Of a stretch of DNA of 64,000 nt, positions 48,221 through 59,689 are shown piece after piece. The position numbers were made by a program, and so were the translations under genes. The notes below the pieces were generated by a model. It saw nothing but the letters and a program-made list of their open reading frames with translations, ran no database searches and was not told the DNA's origin. Source of the DNA: Mustelus asterias (taxonomy: Eukaryota); NCBI RefSeq assembly GCF_964213995.1, contig NC_135817.1:70804001-70868000 (forward strand), written 5' to 3'. The first letter of the stretch is position 1. The number at the start of each line of letters is the position of its first letter.

Positions 48221-50070
48221 TCCCTTGCAGTGAGAATCCTGTCGGAAGCCCACCCCATATCCTTTTGTCCACCCATTCAGCAAAACAGGTTAGTAATAGG
48301 GCAGAATTTCTACTCTTCTGCCGGTATATCACTTATATAATTTAGTTATGTCTGTCTCATTGCCTCTGTGGATGGTTATCCGCTTCCCACTCTGTGCTGT
48401 CTCTGTGTCCTGAATTATCCAGCACTGCCTCTATCTATGACACCATTTTGGATCATAGAATCCAGAAACCTCTCCTTATCTCTGATGCGACGATGCTACA
48501 GCTAATTGCTGCTCCCGACTCTCACCAAAGCCTCACACACAGCAAAATCCACTGACTCATTTCAGGGAAGGTATTAAACGTGTCTAATTTGCCCAGCATG
48601 GCTGAAAAGCACAAAGATTTATTGCACAGAAGGAAGCCATTCAGCCCATCATGTATGTGCTAGCCAACTAAGAGATATTCCGTTCCAATACCCAGTGCTG
48701 GCTCTCAGTTCGAAGCCAAGCTGTGCATGTCCAAGTGTTTTTAAGGTCTGGTTAAGTTTCCTACCCTTACCACTTGATTCATGGAGAGAGTTCCAAACCA
48801 CACCACCTCTAAGCAAAAACAAACTCCTCAATCTGCCTCCACCAAAGACTTTAAAGCCTATGCCCACAGATTATTGATCTTTGTGCTAGCAGAACTAGCT
48901 CCTTCATCTTGATTCCATCTAGGCCCCTCCTAAATTTTATTTTAATCAATTAAATCTCTGAGCTACCCTTGTTCCAAAGAAAACAAAGCCACCCTATCCA
49001 ATCTTTCCTTAGAGCTAAAATTCTCCATTCCTGAAAACATGTTATGAATCCCTTCTGTACCCTCTCTGATATAGAATGCATAAAATCCCTAGAGTGCAGA
49101 AGAAGACCATTTCGCCCATCGAGTCTATACCGATTCTCCAAAAGCGAACTGTCGAAAGAACTGTCAAGAGGATTGCAAAAAGGAGCTTTCAGACTGAGCT
49201 GTCAAACTGTCATGAGTTTAAATCGCTTTCATTTTTAAATAATTTTAAAAAGTCAGCATTGTTTTTAAAAATCAGTGCTTGCTATTTCACTCTGTTTATT
49301 TAAATTTGAGCGTTATCATTAGAGGATTAGTGCTGCATGACTGATTTCATAAATTATCATAGTTGGGTGCTTATCAGTTCACAGGCTAATTGACGGCTCC
49401 AAATGCTCACATAGCCTTTGAAGTGGGCCTATGAATACAAATGCTTGTTTTTATAAGGGATTAAAATAAGTTAAATGCATTGAATGGGTATTTAATCAAT
49501 GAGGTTTTTTGGCTTGCAATAGTGAATTCATCATTAGATGCTTAAAGTCTTTATATAATCACAGCATGTGTCCTGAGGGCTGCCCATGATGGATACCGGA
49601 TGAGTTGGTATAGAGGGTGTAAGGGAAAAGGCTGGTGAGTGGAGGCATAGGTTGGCATGAGCGGGCATAGGAGTTATAAAGGGCCATTGGGATGAGTAAG
49701 AAGCTTGGATCAGCATGGAGGATATGAGGGGCCATTGGGATGGGTAGAGGGAATGAAGTGCCAATGGTTGGCATGGGTGGGGTATGAGGAGTATGTAGGT
49801 GGGTGAAGAGGGATGAGGAATATAATTGGAGGGCTGCTTTTGTTTTTTTCCTTTTTCATATCTTCGACAAAGTTCCATGGCAGCACTTTTCACCCAATCA
49901 GGCTCTGTACCTGGCAGCCTCTGGACTATTTCTGGGGGTGGTAGCTCACACATCTAACAACCAAGGGTAAAGTTGAAAACTGAGCAACTAATTGCACCTT
50001 TTTTAAAAACAATTAATCAGCAATTATTGCGTGAAACCCATTCACAGCTAAGGTACAAAATAAACAATTT

Positions 50071-51749
50071 TGGAAACAGTATCACGAATGTGTATATGCA
50101 GTAAAATAGCATATGAATTGGCTACAGTGCTAATTATTTCTTTACAGTAGAATTCTGCTTTTTATGCCCAAGTCCTTGCTCCATTTAGATATACGCTTCC
50201 TCTATATCATCTCAGATTACTGCAATTCAATATTTTCACGCTAGGTCTCATTTTTTCCATTAAAAAAAAGGTTATTTATTAGTCACAAGTAAGGCTTACA
50301 TTTAACACTGCAATGAAGTTACTGTGAAATTCCCCTAGTCACCACACTACAGCACCCGTTCGGGTCAATGCACCTAACCAGCAGGTCTTTCAGAATGTGG
50401 GAGGAAACTGGCGCACCCGGAGGAAACCCACGCAGACACGGGGAGAACGTACAGACTCCACACAGACAGTGACTGCTCTTAACATTGCACAACTGAAATG
50501 TAAAAGCTTCACATAAATCCAAGCTGAAAATAAGTAAAATACACAAAGGAAAATGTCNNNNNNNNNNNNNNNNNNNNNNNNNNNNNNNNNNNNNNNNNNN
50601 NNNNNNNNNNNNNNNNNNNNNNNNNNNNNNNNNNNNNNNNNNNNNNNNNNNNNNNNNNNNNNNNNNNNNNNNNNNNNNNNNNNNNNNNNNNNNNNNNNNN
50701 NNNNNNNNNNNNNNNNNNNNNNNNNNNNNNNNNNNNNNNNNNNNNNNNNNNNNNNNNAACATTGCACAGTGGTTATCACCGCCAGGAACGCTTTTCATTG
50801 CAATTACCATTTCAGTCCATGTAAAGACGCTATAGAAAAGGAAGATTCATCTACTAAATTGCATTGCAACATAACTGATCTGATTGAAAGAGTGCAAAGA
50901 TTTCATTAGATACACAATGGTATTGGACAAGACCACAGTTGACTTTCTGGTAATTAACAAGAAGCAAGTGACCAAAGTCTGAAAAATAGTCTTAAATAAG
51001 TGAGGTATATGTTCTGATAGAATCAACTGTACCTGATTCAACATCTGAAATAAGAACAGTAAAATCCAAACTCAACATCTGCTCCTGTGTAAGTTATAAC
51101 TGTTTAAATTCTATGCCAACACACCAATTCTAGCCCTTTAAAATCAGAATTTAGGGGACTTTTCCGATGTCCCTTGATGTTTGCAGCACTATGCAACCCC
51201 ATCCATCTCTCATTATGTTCAGAAAATAATGCAGTGATGGTGGTGTATGTGGGGGGGGGGGGGGGGGGGGGGGGTGAAGATGACACGGTGGCACAGTGGT
51301 TAGAACTGCTGTCTCACAGCACCAAGAACCCGGGTTTGATTCCTGGCTTGGGTCACTGCCTGTGTGGAGTCTGCACATTCTCCCAGTGTCTGCGTGGGTT
51401 TCCTCCGGGTGCTCCGGTTTCCTCCCACATTCTGAAAGACCTGCTGGTTAGATGCATTGACCCGATTGGGCACTGTAGTGTGGTGACTAGGGGAATTTCG
51501 CAGTAATTTCATTGCAGTGTTAAATGTAAGCCTTACTTGTGACTAATAAATAACCTCTTTTTTAATGGAAAAAATGAGACCTAGCGTGAAAATATTGCAG
51601 TAATCTGAGATGATATGGAGGAAGCGTATATCTAAATGGAGCAAGGACTTGGGCATAAAAAGCAGAATTCTACTGTAAAGAAATAATTAGCACTGTAGCC
51701 AATTCAGATGCTATTTTACTGCATATACACATTCGTGATACTGTTTCCA
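50071..51749. repeat. About 400-bp inverted duplication (50071-50473 / 51352-51749) containing SINE plus unique flank, spanning the gap
   Basis: tggaaacagtatcacgaatg... is the reverse complement of ...cattcgtgatactgtttcca; a few substitutions and a small indel. Confidence 0.9.
50558..50757. other. Assembly gap (200 N)
   Basis: Exactly 200 N, a fixed-size scaffolding gap. Confidence 0.99.
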
Positions 51750-52466
51750 CTTTAACGTGAACATTAACTGGTTATATCTAAGCACTAAGATATTAAGATA
51801 AAGAGAACAGATAACTGCGTACTGGTGGCACTTTGGAACAATCCTTATCTCTGAAGTTTATTTGTGAAACTCTGATTGCAGTGCTGGAGGAGGAAGGAAG
51901 TAATCACAGCCATATTACATCACTTATGCTCTAGTTTTGCTGCAACCCTTAACAAATGTAGTTTTAAAGGAAAATTTGAGCCCAACACATCTTGTGCATT
52001 TCTGCTACGTGTATGCTACGTTCAACGTCAGAACTTCAAAGAGATTCCAGCAGTTTGCAGGAGAATCGAACTGAATTAACGGACAGCCAATTGCTCCTGG
52101 TGCCTTTTTCTTCCTTGGTGAAGATAAAACACCTGGCACTGGAATTCAAAAGTGTAAGTAGCATTTACGTTGTGAATGATTTTTGTGCTTGTCTACTTGA
52201 GAGCTAGGAATATGTTGCCACTAGTCTATCTTGGTTGTGGCCCCTGCCAGTTTCAGAGTAAATATCAAAGAAATGAGTTATTCCCACCTTTTGCTGGTCA
52301 TTGGAATGTCACATTTTGTACAGCAAGTCAGATTTTCTGACCATTGATTGTGGATGGTCCATTATTCACAATTTAGCAAGACGTGTTTTAACTTCGAAAT
52401 CAGTATATGTGCTTGATAACTCTTCAAAGAAAGACGATGAGGATGATTCCAGGCCTCCCACGGAGT

Positions 52467-52756
52467 GCACGGTAGGACAGTGGTTAGCACTGCTGCTTCA
52501 GAGCACCAGGGACTGGGGTTCGATTCCTGGCTTAGGTCACTGTCTGTGTAGAGTTTGCACATTCTCCTTGTGTCTGCGTGGATTTCTTCTGGGTAAGACA
52601 AACCTCTAATAGATCCGGTGCTCCGGTTTCCACCCAAGTGCTGGTTAGGTGCATTGACCCGAACAGACATCGGACTGTGGCGACTAGGGGATTTTCACAG
52701 TAACTTCATTGCAGTGTTAATATAAGCCTTACTTGTGACTAATGAATAAACTTTAC
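52467..52756 (+). mobile_element. HE1-like SINE (tail B)
   Basis: Sequence identity with the other copies. Confidence 0.88.
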
Positions 52757-54704
52757 TCAAAAATTTTCAGTTATTAGAGGTAACTTGCGCAGTTGAATTT
52801 TATTGAAAGTTTTCGTCTTTTTCATTCACTGAGAATGAAGTTGGAGCAGATTCAGTTGTGGCTATCAAACAGGGAAATGGATAAGCACCCGAATAGCCAG
52901 CGCAGGGGAGTGGAACAAGCTAAGTTCTTCTTGCAGCGGCTGGCGCTAGCTCAATGGACAGGCAGGAGATTGATGCAGCCAGAACCACAGATGTGGAAAC
53001 AAAAACAAAACAAGATGATCTCTGTTGCTAGGATGCTAACTGGTAGGAAACTTTGGCTCATCTACATTTACCTTTGGACAAGAAAATGAACCAAGAACAT
53101 GCAAATGATAGAAAGTACAAGAGCGAGACAAAACCATGTATGTGAAAGGGACAAAGGTGTTACCTTCGGACACCCGCTATGCTATCAGAGAAAGTTTTGC
53201 TAATTCCACAGAACAGTATTACACACCACTTTCAAACAAATGAAGAAGTCTGTAACTTGATATTGTGAGTACAGTATGAATCTGATTAATGCAACCTAGT
53301 TACAATCTGCCAGTGTGTGTCTATCTGTTCTGTAACCATAACATATCAAGGTTTATTTGGTGAAAGGTCACAAGTTGTCTTGCGTTTCTCTGCTGCATGG
53401 GCAATGAAATAACAACTCTGGTACACCTTATCCTATGTTCTATTCAGATTTATTAACAGCAAAAATCAACTCGTAGCAAGATGTCAAAGCAGCAAGTTCT
53501 GTAAAACTACAAAAGAAAGTTCACAACTCCCAGTTGCAAAGTATTAAAATGTCATGTTCTAGCAACCGTCTTGAGAACCTGAACTAGCATTAGTAATATG
53601 GTTATAACTTTGCTGACCCAGTGATCTCTGAGTTTCATAGGGCGATTGAGAGATAAAATATTGAGTTAAATAGATGGTTTCCAGACCTCACAATAGATGT
53701 TAGAGATTAATCCATTTGGACCTAAACCTGTGCTGCTTATTTTCGGAACAAAGCCAGCAGTCTATCTACACAGCCTCACGGAGGAAATTCCCCACAGAGT
53801 ATCTTCCCAGAATATTCTGTCCATACATAGAGGTCCATGGGCGACATTTAACCCTGGGATAAACGTGCATTTTGTCGCAGCAAATAAACTGAAGCAACTT
53901 AAACATCATGAGTACCTCCAAAGCTTTTACATCTGAAGACATAAATGACTACCACCTTGCAGAGGGCAGATTTCTAATCCACCATAGCGAGAATGACTAT
54001 CTTTTGGAATCAGTAAAGTGAAATCCCCTCGTGAAGGTGAAGTGGCTGAGCAGAACCCAGGATAGAATCTGATGTACATGATCTTTGGAAATAATATTAA
54101 TAAATGTTATTAATTAATAAATATTAGTTAATAATAAACAATAAATGTCTTTTTCTTATCCCATGTTTCCTTATGTTCTGATCATGAGCTATCAATTACA
54201 ACTGCAGAAGAGTTGCTGCTGTGTGATGTTCAAAGTTTTTAACTTTCTGCATTGCGGCCTTAATACTTATTATGGGATGTTTGGTGCCCCAATTTCTCAC
54301 CTATAAGAAAGTGTGCTGAGATGGCTCCCAACTCATCTTCCACTCAACACCAACAATTCATATTAATATAGCATCTTTACTATAATATAGCATCCCAAGG
54401 TGCTTCATTCACAGGAATATAAATATCTCTAGAGCCAGCAGAGAGAGTGTCATTATCTCATTAGACTAGGCAGCTTGTTTTAAGGAAAATAACAGTAATG
54501 TAATGTACGGATGCAAGCTGTTTCTTTACATTTCTTGCAGGCTAGGAAATCTCACTGTGATCCTTTGCAAATGCCTAATTTGGTACCTTTGGCAGTTATC
54601 ATGCTTTTATTCTCGTGTTACTTTGTACCCTAATGCACTATGAATGATAAGGTTACAATACCTTTGCAAGATATTATTTAGTCATTTATAGTGTCTTGAA
54701 TTGT

Positions 54705-55055
54705 GGGGAGGCAAAGATGGCTTAGTTGTATAACACTGCTGGGGAGCTGGGATTCGAACCCAGCTCCCCAGAATATGATTATAGTTACTTCGCTAGACTA
54801 TTAATCCAGAAACTCAGCTAATAATCTGGGGAGCTGGGTTCGAATCCCGCCATGGTTGATGGTGGAATTTGAATTCAATAGAAAAAAAATCTGGAATTAA
54901 GAATCTACTAATGACCATGAAGCCACCGTTGATTGTTGGAAAAACCCATCTCATTCACGAATGTCCTTTAGGGAAGGAAATCTGCCATCCTTACCTGGTC
55001 TGGTCAAATGTGAATCCAGACCCAAAGCAATGTCTTAAATGCCCTCAGAATTCAT
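54705..55055 (+). mobile_element. tRNA-headed SINE-like element with local inverted duplication
   Basis: Family of 33843; 13-bp perfect hairpin at 54739-54771. Confidence 0.75.
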
Positions 55056-55921
55056 GAACCAGATAGATTTTTACAACAATGGTCCCTGAATTACTTGTCC
55101 AGTGACATTATCACTAGGCCACCGTATCTCAGTATGGTATGTGCACAAATTACGTTAATAAATTCACGCATATAATTTTTACTCATAATTTCCTCAAAAT
55201 CATGCTTTTAGAGATGGATCCCGACAACATTGGCTCTACATTTGTATATCTATCTGATGACTTTGTTGTGGGAAAAATGCCACTTTGTGAGTCAGGCTTG
55301 AAGGTTTCAACAATACAGTTTTATTTAACGAAGCTTCGTGGAAAAAAGGCACTCGCACTCTGCAATGCTTCTAGACACCTTCTCTCAATGAGACAATAGG
55401 AGCGGTCCATCTTTATAACCTTTACACAATAGATGGACCGGACATCTAGCCATTATCACATCATTGTAATCAAGTAGGTGATCGATCGTTAAACACATCG
55501 TTATAGACAAATACAGACAGATACAGACATAAGCATGTTAACATCGTATTGTTCTATGAATGGATACATTCCCTACGTCAGTGACTATCAATGACTTTAG
55601 TTTCAGTCTATTCATACAGTAGTTTACAGTAATTGGTTTCCCTGCAGTTATGTATTCCCGATCCCACCTGTAGTTAATCTCATTATCTATCCCTATTGTC
55701 CTTATCTTTAAGCCCTGGCTAGCTTCCTGTAGGATTTGATTCCTGCATGTTTAACTTTGGATAGCTGTCTGTCCTTTATGTTTTAATCTCAGGTGGCTGT
55801 TTGTACTGAAAGTCAGTGTCTGTTTAATGTCTCTTTCCCAGGTGACTGTTTGTGTGCCCATCTGTATATTTTTCCTCCTTCAGGTCCCCACTTTTGGTCG
55901 GATTATGAGTTTCACTAATCC

Positions 55922-57540
55922 TTAGACCAACAATACAATTTTTAGATGTATAATTCTTTGTTCTTCTTCTTTCCTTCTTCGTTTCTTCTGATGTCTTTGG
56001 GGCTCTTCATCAGGGTTTCTTCTTCGATGTATACACTGGCTCCTGGCACAATTCATGTCACCATCACCTTGCAACAGACTTTTAGGCATCCAACAATGAG
56101 ACAACAGACAATTACAATTGAAATGAGTATGACCAATCCATGTAATAAGTAAGATTCCCAGGACCCCCCCACTAGCCATTCCAGCCAGTTACTTCCTTTC
56201 TTGGGTCCCTGTCTGAAGCTATCAAGTTGTTCTCTGATGCTATTGATGACCTGTGTAATGTTATAGGACTCGTCTGTGACATGGGTTATGCATTTATTGC
56301 CTATAATTGTACACACTCCCCTTGTTGTGCTAACTGATAGTCCACTGCGTATTGTGTCTGTTATGCATATAATCTCAGTTCAGCCATTTCTTGGTTGACA
56401 GCCTCCAGTGCTTTTGAAGTGCTGTTTCCCAGGACTGTTAGTCCACAAACAATATGATTCCTATTCTTTGCACTAATCACTCCTGCTGCCCCCTCCAGAG
56501 ATAAGGCTCCAAGGAACCCATATCCCAGTGAGGATCCCATTGTGCCCGGGGCTTCCCAGTCAGCGCAGAATTCTTTGCTGATAGCCTGAGTTACTATTCT
56601 CCTCCGAATATGCCCCTTTTGAGGGCACGGAACAGTCAGTGGTCTGATTGTTCCTACTGCAAAACGGTTTGGGAGGTTTGGTGTTTCTGTCATGTAAGTA
56701 CCATTGAAGAGGAATACATATCCCTTCTTAGCCCAGTAACATTTAGTGTCCCGATTATGAGTTTGTTTATATTGCCAATTGTTTGGTTTACTTGACACCC
56801 CGTTTGATCCCACCACCTGGTAAATATCAAATGGGTATGTCCATTTGTCTGAGCTTACGTGAGTTCCATTGCATTGTCCACAAATAAGCTGTCTTCCCGC
56901 AGATATATTCAGACATTTCTGTTCATCACAAGTGCAAGTAAACTGTCCCTTATTAACCCGACAATGTTGACAGACACACTGCGTCTGTACGCAGGAATCA
57001 TTCTTAGGGACCAAGGCATAGGCACATCCCCATCCCTGCCCCGTAAAACGAAGCGGATAGCTTGCATTATCTGAACAAGCTTTTCCTCCCACCTGTTGGA
57101 ACCCCCTGCACACAGGATCTGTGGGGTTTACAAGTCCCACACATCTCCCCTGTATATCTCTTTTATATTTGCCAATTTGTCCCTTACAGGGTGCATCTGA
57201 TGTATCTACTGATTATAAGTCATGAGGGGTCCACCCAGGGGTGGCGACAAATAGGGCTTCTACCGATTGTGCTAACAGGTAACATACAGTTCGATTCCTG
57301 TGTAAATGTATGTGAGCTTTGTAAAACAAGTTATCCTCCAATCCAGTCAAATTTACAGTCACGACAACGCAAAGTAGTACAGTTACATACGCGATTACAT
57401 ACATATTCGCAACAATCAAATATCAAACCTAACACTATAATTCTTATAATCTTTACAAGTTATATTATCTATCAACCCACGCGCGCCAGCCGTTCTTGCT
57501 TGCAGTCTTTGCCTGCGTTGAGGAAAGCATTTTCGTTAGT
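55922..57540 (-). pseudogene. env: Retroviral env (SU-TM), disrupted by stop and frameshifts
   Basis: Basic cleavage site HIRRR, fusion peptide GFLGALSLEGAAG, ISD-like QTQYAVDYQLAQQG, CX6C, TM LLHGLVILISIVIVCCLIV. Confidence 0.88.
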
Positions 57541-57552
57541 TCATCAATTTAA

Positions 57553-58046
57553 TTACTTATTTGTCCCCTTGTATATTTTTAGCTGTGTCCAATGCTTCCA
57601 GACCCCTTTCCCTCTTATGTCTAGACAGGCACAGGTGTCTCCACTAATTATAACCTCATATGGCCCATTCCATTTTGGTGCAAACCCTTGTTTTTCAGGT
57701 AATGTTTTTACTAGGACGCGACTTCCCGCTGTTGGAATGTCAGGGAGCACTTCAAGCTCTCTCTCTGCGTCTTTTATTTCCTGATTGTCCTTTACCAATT
57801 TGCGCATCCTTTTTAGTTGGGTGCTTAGTTCCAGAACATATCTCCTGATTTTATCTTTTAGTGGACCTACATCGGTCCAACCTGTTATGATGCTTTCGGG
57901 TAATTGCATCACCCGTCCTGTCATTAGCTCATAAGGGGTTAATCCGGTTGTCCGGTTTGTGGTAGCCCTTAATCTCATTAGTATAGTGGGCAATACCTCT
58001 GTCCACATTTTTCCCGATGTTTGTATGGCTTTAGCTAATGCATTTT
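57553..58046 (-). pseudogene. pol: Retroviral integrase C-terminal fragment
   Basis: WTEVLPTILMRLRATTNRTTGLTPYELMTGR and PKWNGPYEV motifs. Confidence 0.88.
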
Positions 58047-58776
58047 ACATTTAACTACATATCCCCCTTCCATAGAAAGCGTAGTGTGAATTAAATAACA
58101 CTTTGTACTGGCCTTTTTTAGCTGCAGCTGGACATCCATTCATTTGTATGTAATCTTATCAAAAGACATCGCTTTCCTCATTAAAATCACATGCCATACA
58201 GTTCCGATCTTTATATGATGTACTCTTACATTATCTCTAATTTGATCATTTGTTTGCGTGCAAGCGCCGCACCACAGTACTTCACAAAATAATTATGTCT
58301 TTATCAATACACAATATATAGTCTATAAATATATCATACAAAGTTGGTTAAGGCTTTTCAGGATTTGATTTTATGCTCGGGTCTATCTGGCAATGCTATA
58401 CTGTATAATAAAAATAATCAAGCGGCAGTTGTATCATACCACTTTACACATCGTAACCGTGATATCCAAACCCCTTTAATTCAAGCCGTTTCCATTTTTA
58501 AACTGAGCTCCAGATCAAAACCCCCGCAGTGCTTCTAGACAGCTACCTTCTCTCAATGAGACAATAGGAGCGGTCCATCTATTGTGTAAAGGGTATAAAG
58601 ATGGACCGCTCCTATTGTCTCATTGAGAGAAGGTAGCTGCCTAGAAGCACTGCGGAGTGCCAGTGCTTTTTCTCCACGAAGCTTCGTTAAATAAAACTGT
58701 ATTGTTGAAACCTTCAAGCCTGACTCACAAAGTGGCATTTTTCCCACAACAACTTGACCATTTAATTTCTTGAAGA

Positions 58777-58903
58777 CAAACAAAGAACAAAGAACAAAGA
58801 ACAATACAGCACAGGAACAGGCCCTTCGGCCCTCCAAGCCCGCGCCGCTCCCCGGTCCAGGATTGAATCCTGAATCCAGGATCCCCGCCCAATTTTCCAG
58901 CCT
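58777..58903 (-). mobile_element. Short 3' end of the CR1 subfamily seen at 36024
   Basis: Near-identical to 36024-36139. Confidence 0.85.
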
Positions 58904-59689
58904 AGACATTTAAACATTTTTGCTGTCACACAAATGGAATCAATAGTCTCTTCAGAATTCAGTAGGATCTTCAGAATTGGACACAATAAAATGTAGAGTA
59001 CTGCACTGGGCACGTGACAAACTTTTTACTGGCAATTGTTTGATTTTCTTACTATATAATCTATTTATCAGTTGTAAATCATGTGTTGATTAGAGATGTC
59101 TTTAGCAGAGTACAAGAAGGGTATGTCAAACTTGGTCTGACGTGTGGGACTCGAGACCCACAGCAATGTGGTTAACACTTAAATGCTCTCAGAATTGGCC
59201 TCGCAAGCTACTCAGTTGCGGCAATGAGGGATGGGTGACAAGTTCTGGCTTTGCCTGTTACACCCACAGCCCATGAGGGAATACATTTAAAAACAACACA
59301 GACTGGTTTCAAACAGATGTGAGACAAGGCATTTGTGTTAAATTATACCAGTGGATTAAATCCACTGGATTTTAACAGAAATGTTAAACATTTAAAATAG
59401 CTTAATCTTTTCCATCTCCATGTATTTAACTGGTTTCCTGTACTTAAGTGTTAAATAGATCACATCTTAGTATGTGTTATTTATTTCACTGTATCGTCAT
59501 GCCTGATTGCCGTGTATTCCCATAAATGACATATTTATCCAAATCAATCCAAATCTTGGCAAAAAGGTAATACAGAAGACAAAAACAGATGTACCCTCAC
59601 AGTCCACAGCAATTATGTTAGAAACCATTGCAGCATTATTCCATAAACAGACCCTTTCATTAGAGAAGGAATCCACAGGCCCAGGTTCA

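Larger units (their letters stand above)
55264..58751 (-). mobile_element. Defective class I (epsilon/gamma-like) endogenous retrovirus with inverted R-U5 termini
   Basis: 3' LTR 55264-55882 with PPT 55883-55895; env and integrase remnants; inverted R-U5 at 58571-58751; TSD ACTT at 55260-55263 and 58752-58755. Confidence 0.9.

Noticed and set aside
47637-48340. CRISPR-like array or Cys/His-rich protein
   Set aside because: Tandem minisatellite without unique spacers; the ORFs are repeat artefacts in a eukaryotic genome.
50319-50909. ORFs spanning the N run
   Set aside because: Artefacts of the assembly gap.
51780-54700. Apparently unique region searched for exons
   Set aside because: Short ORFs only, with no consistent splice phases or domains; small exons or regulatory DNA cannot be excluded.
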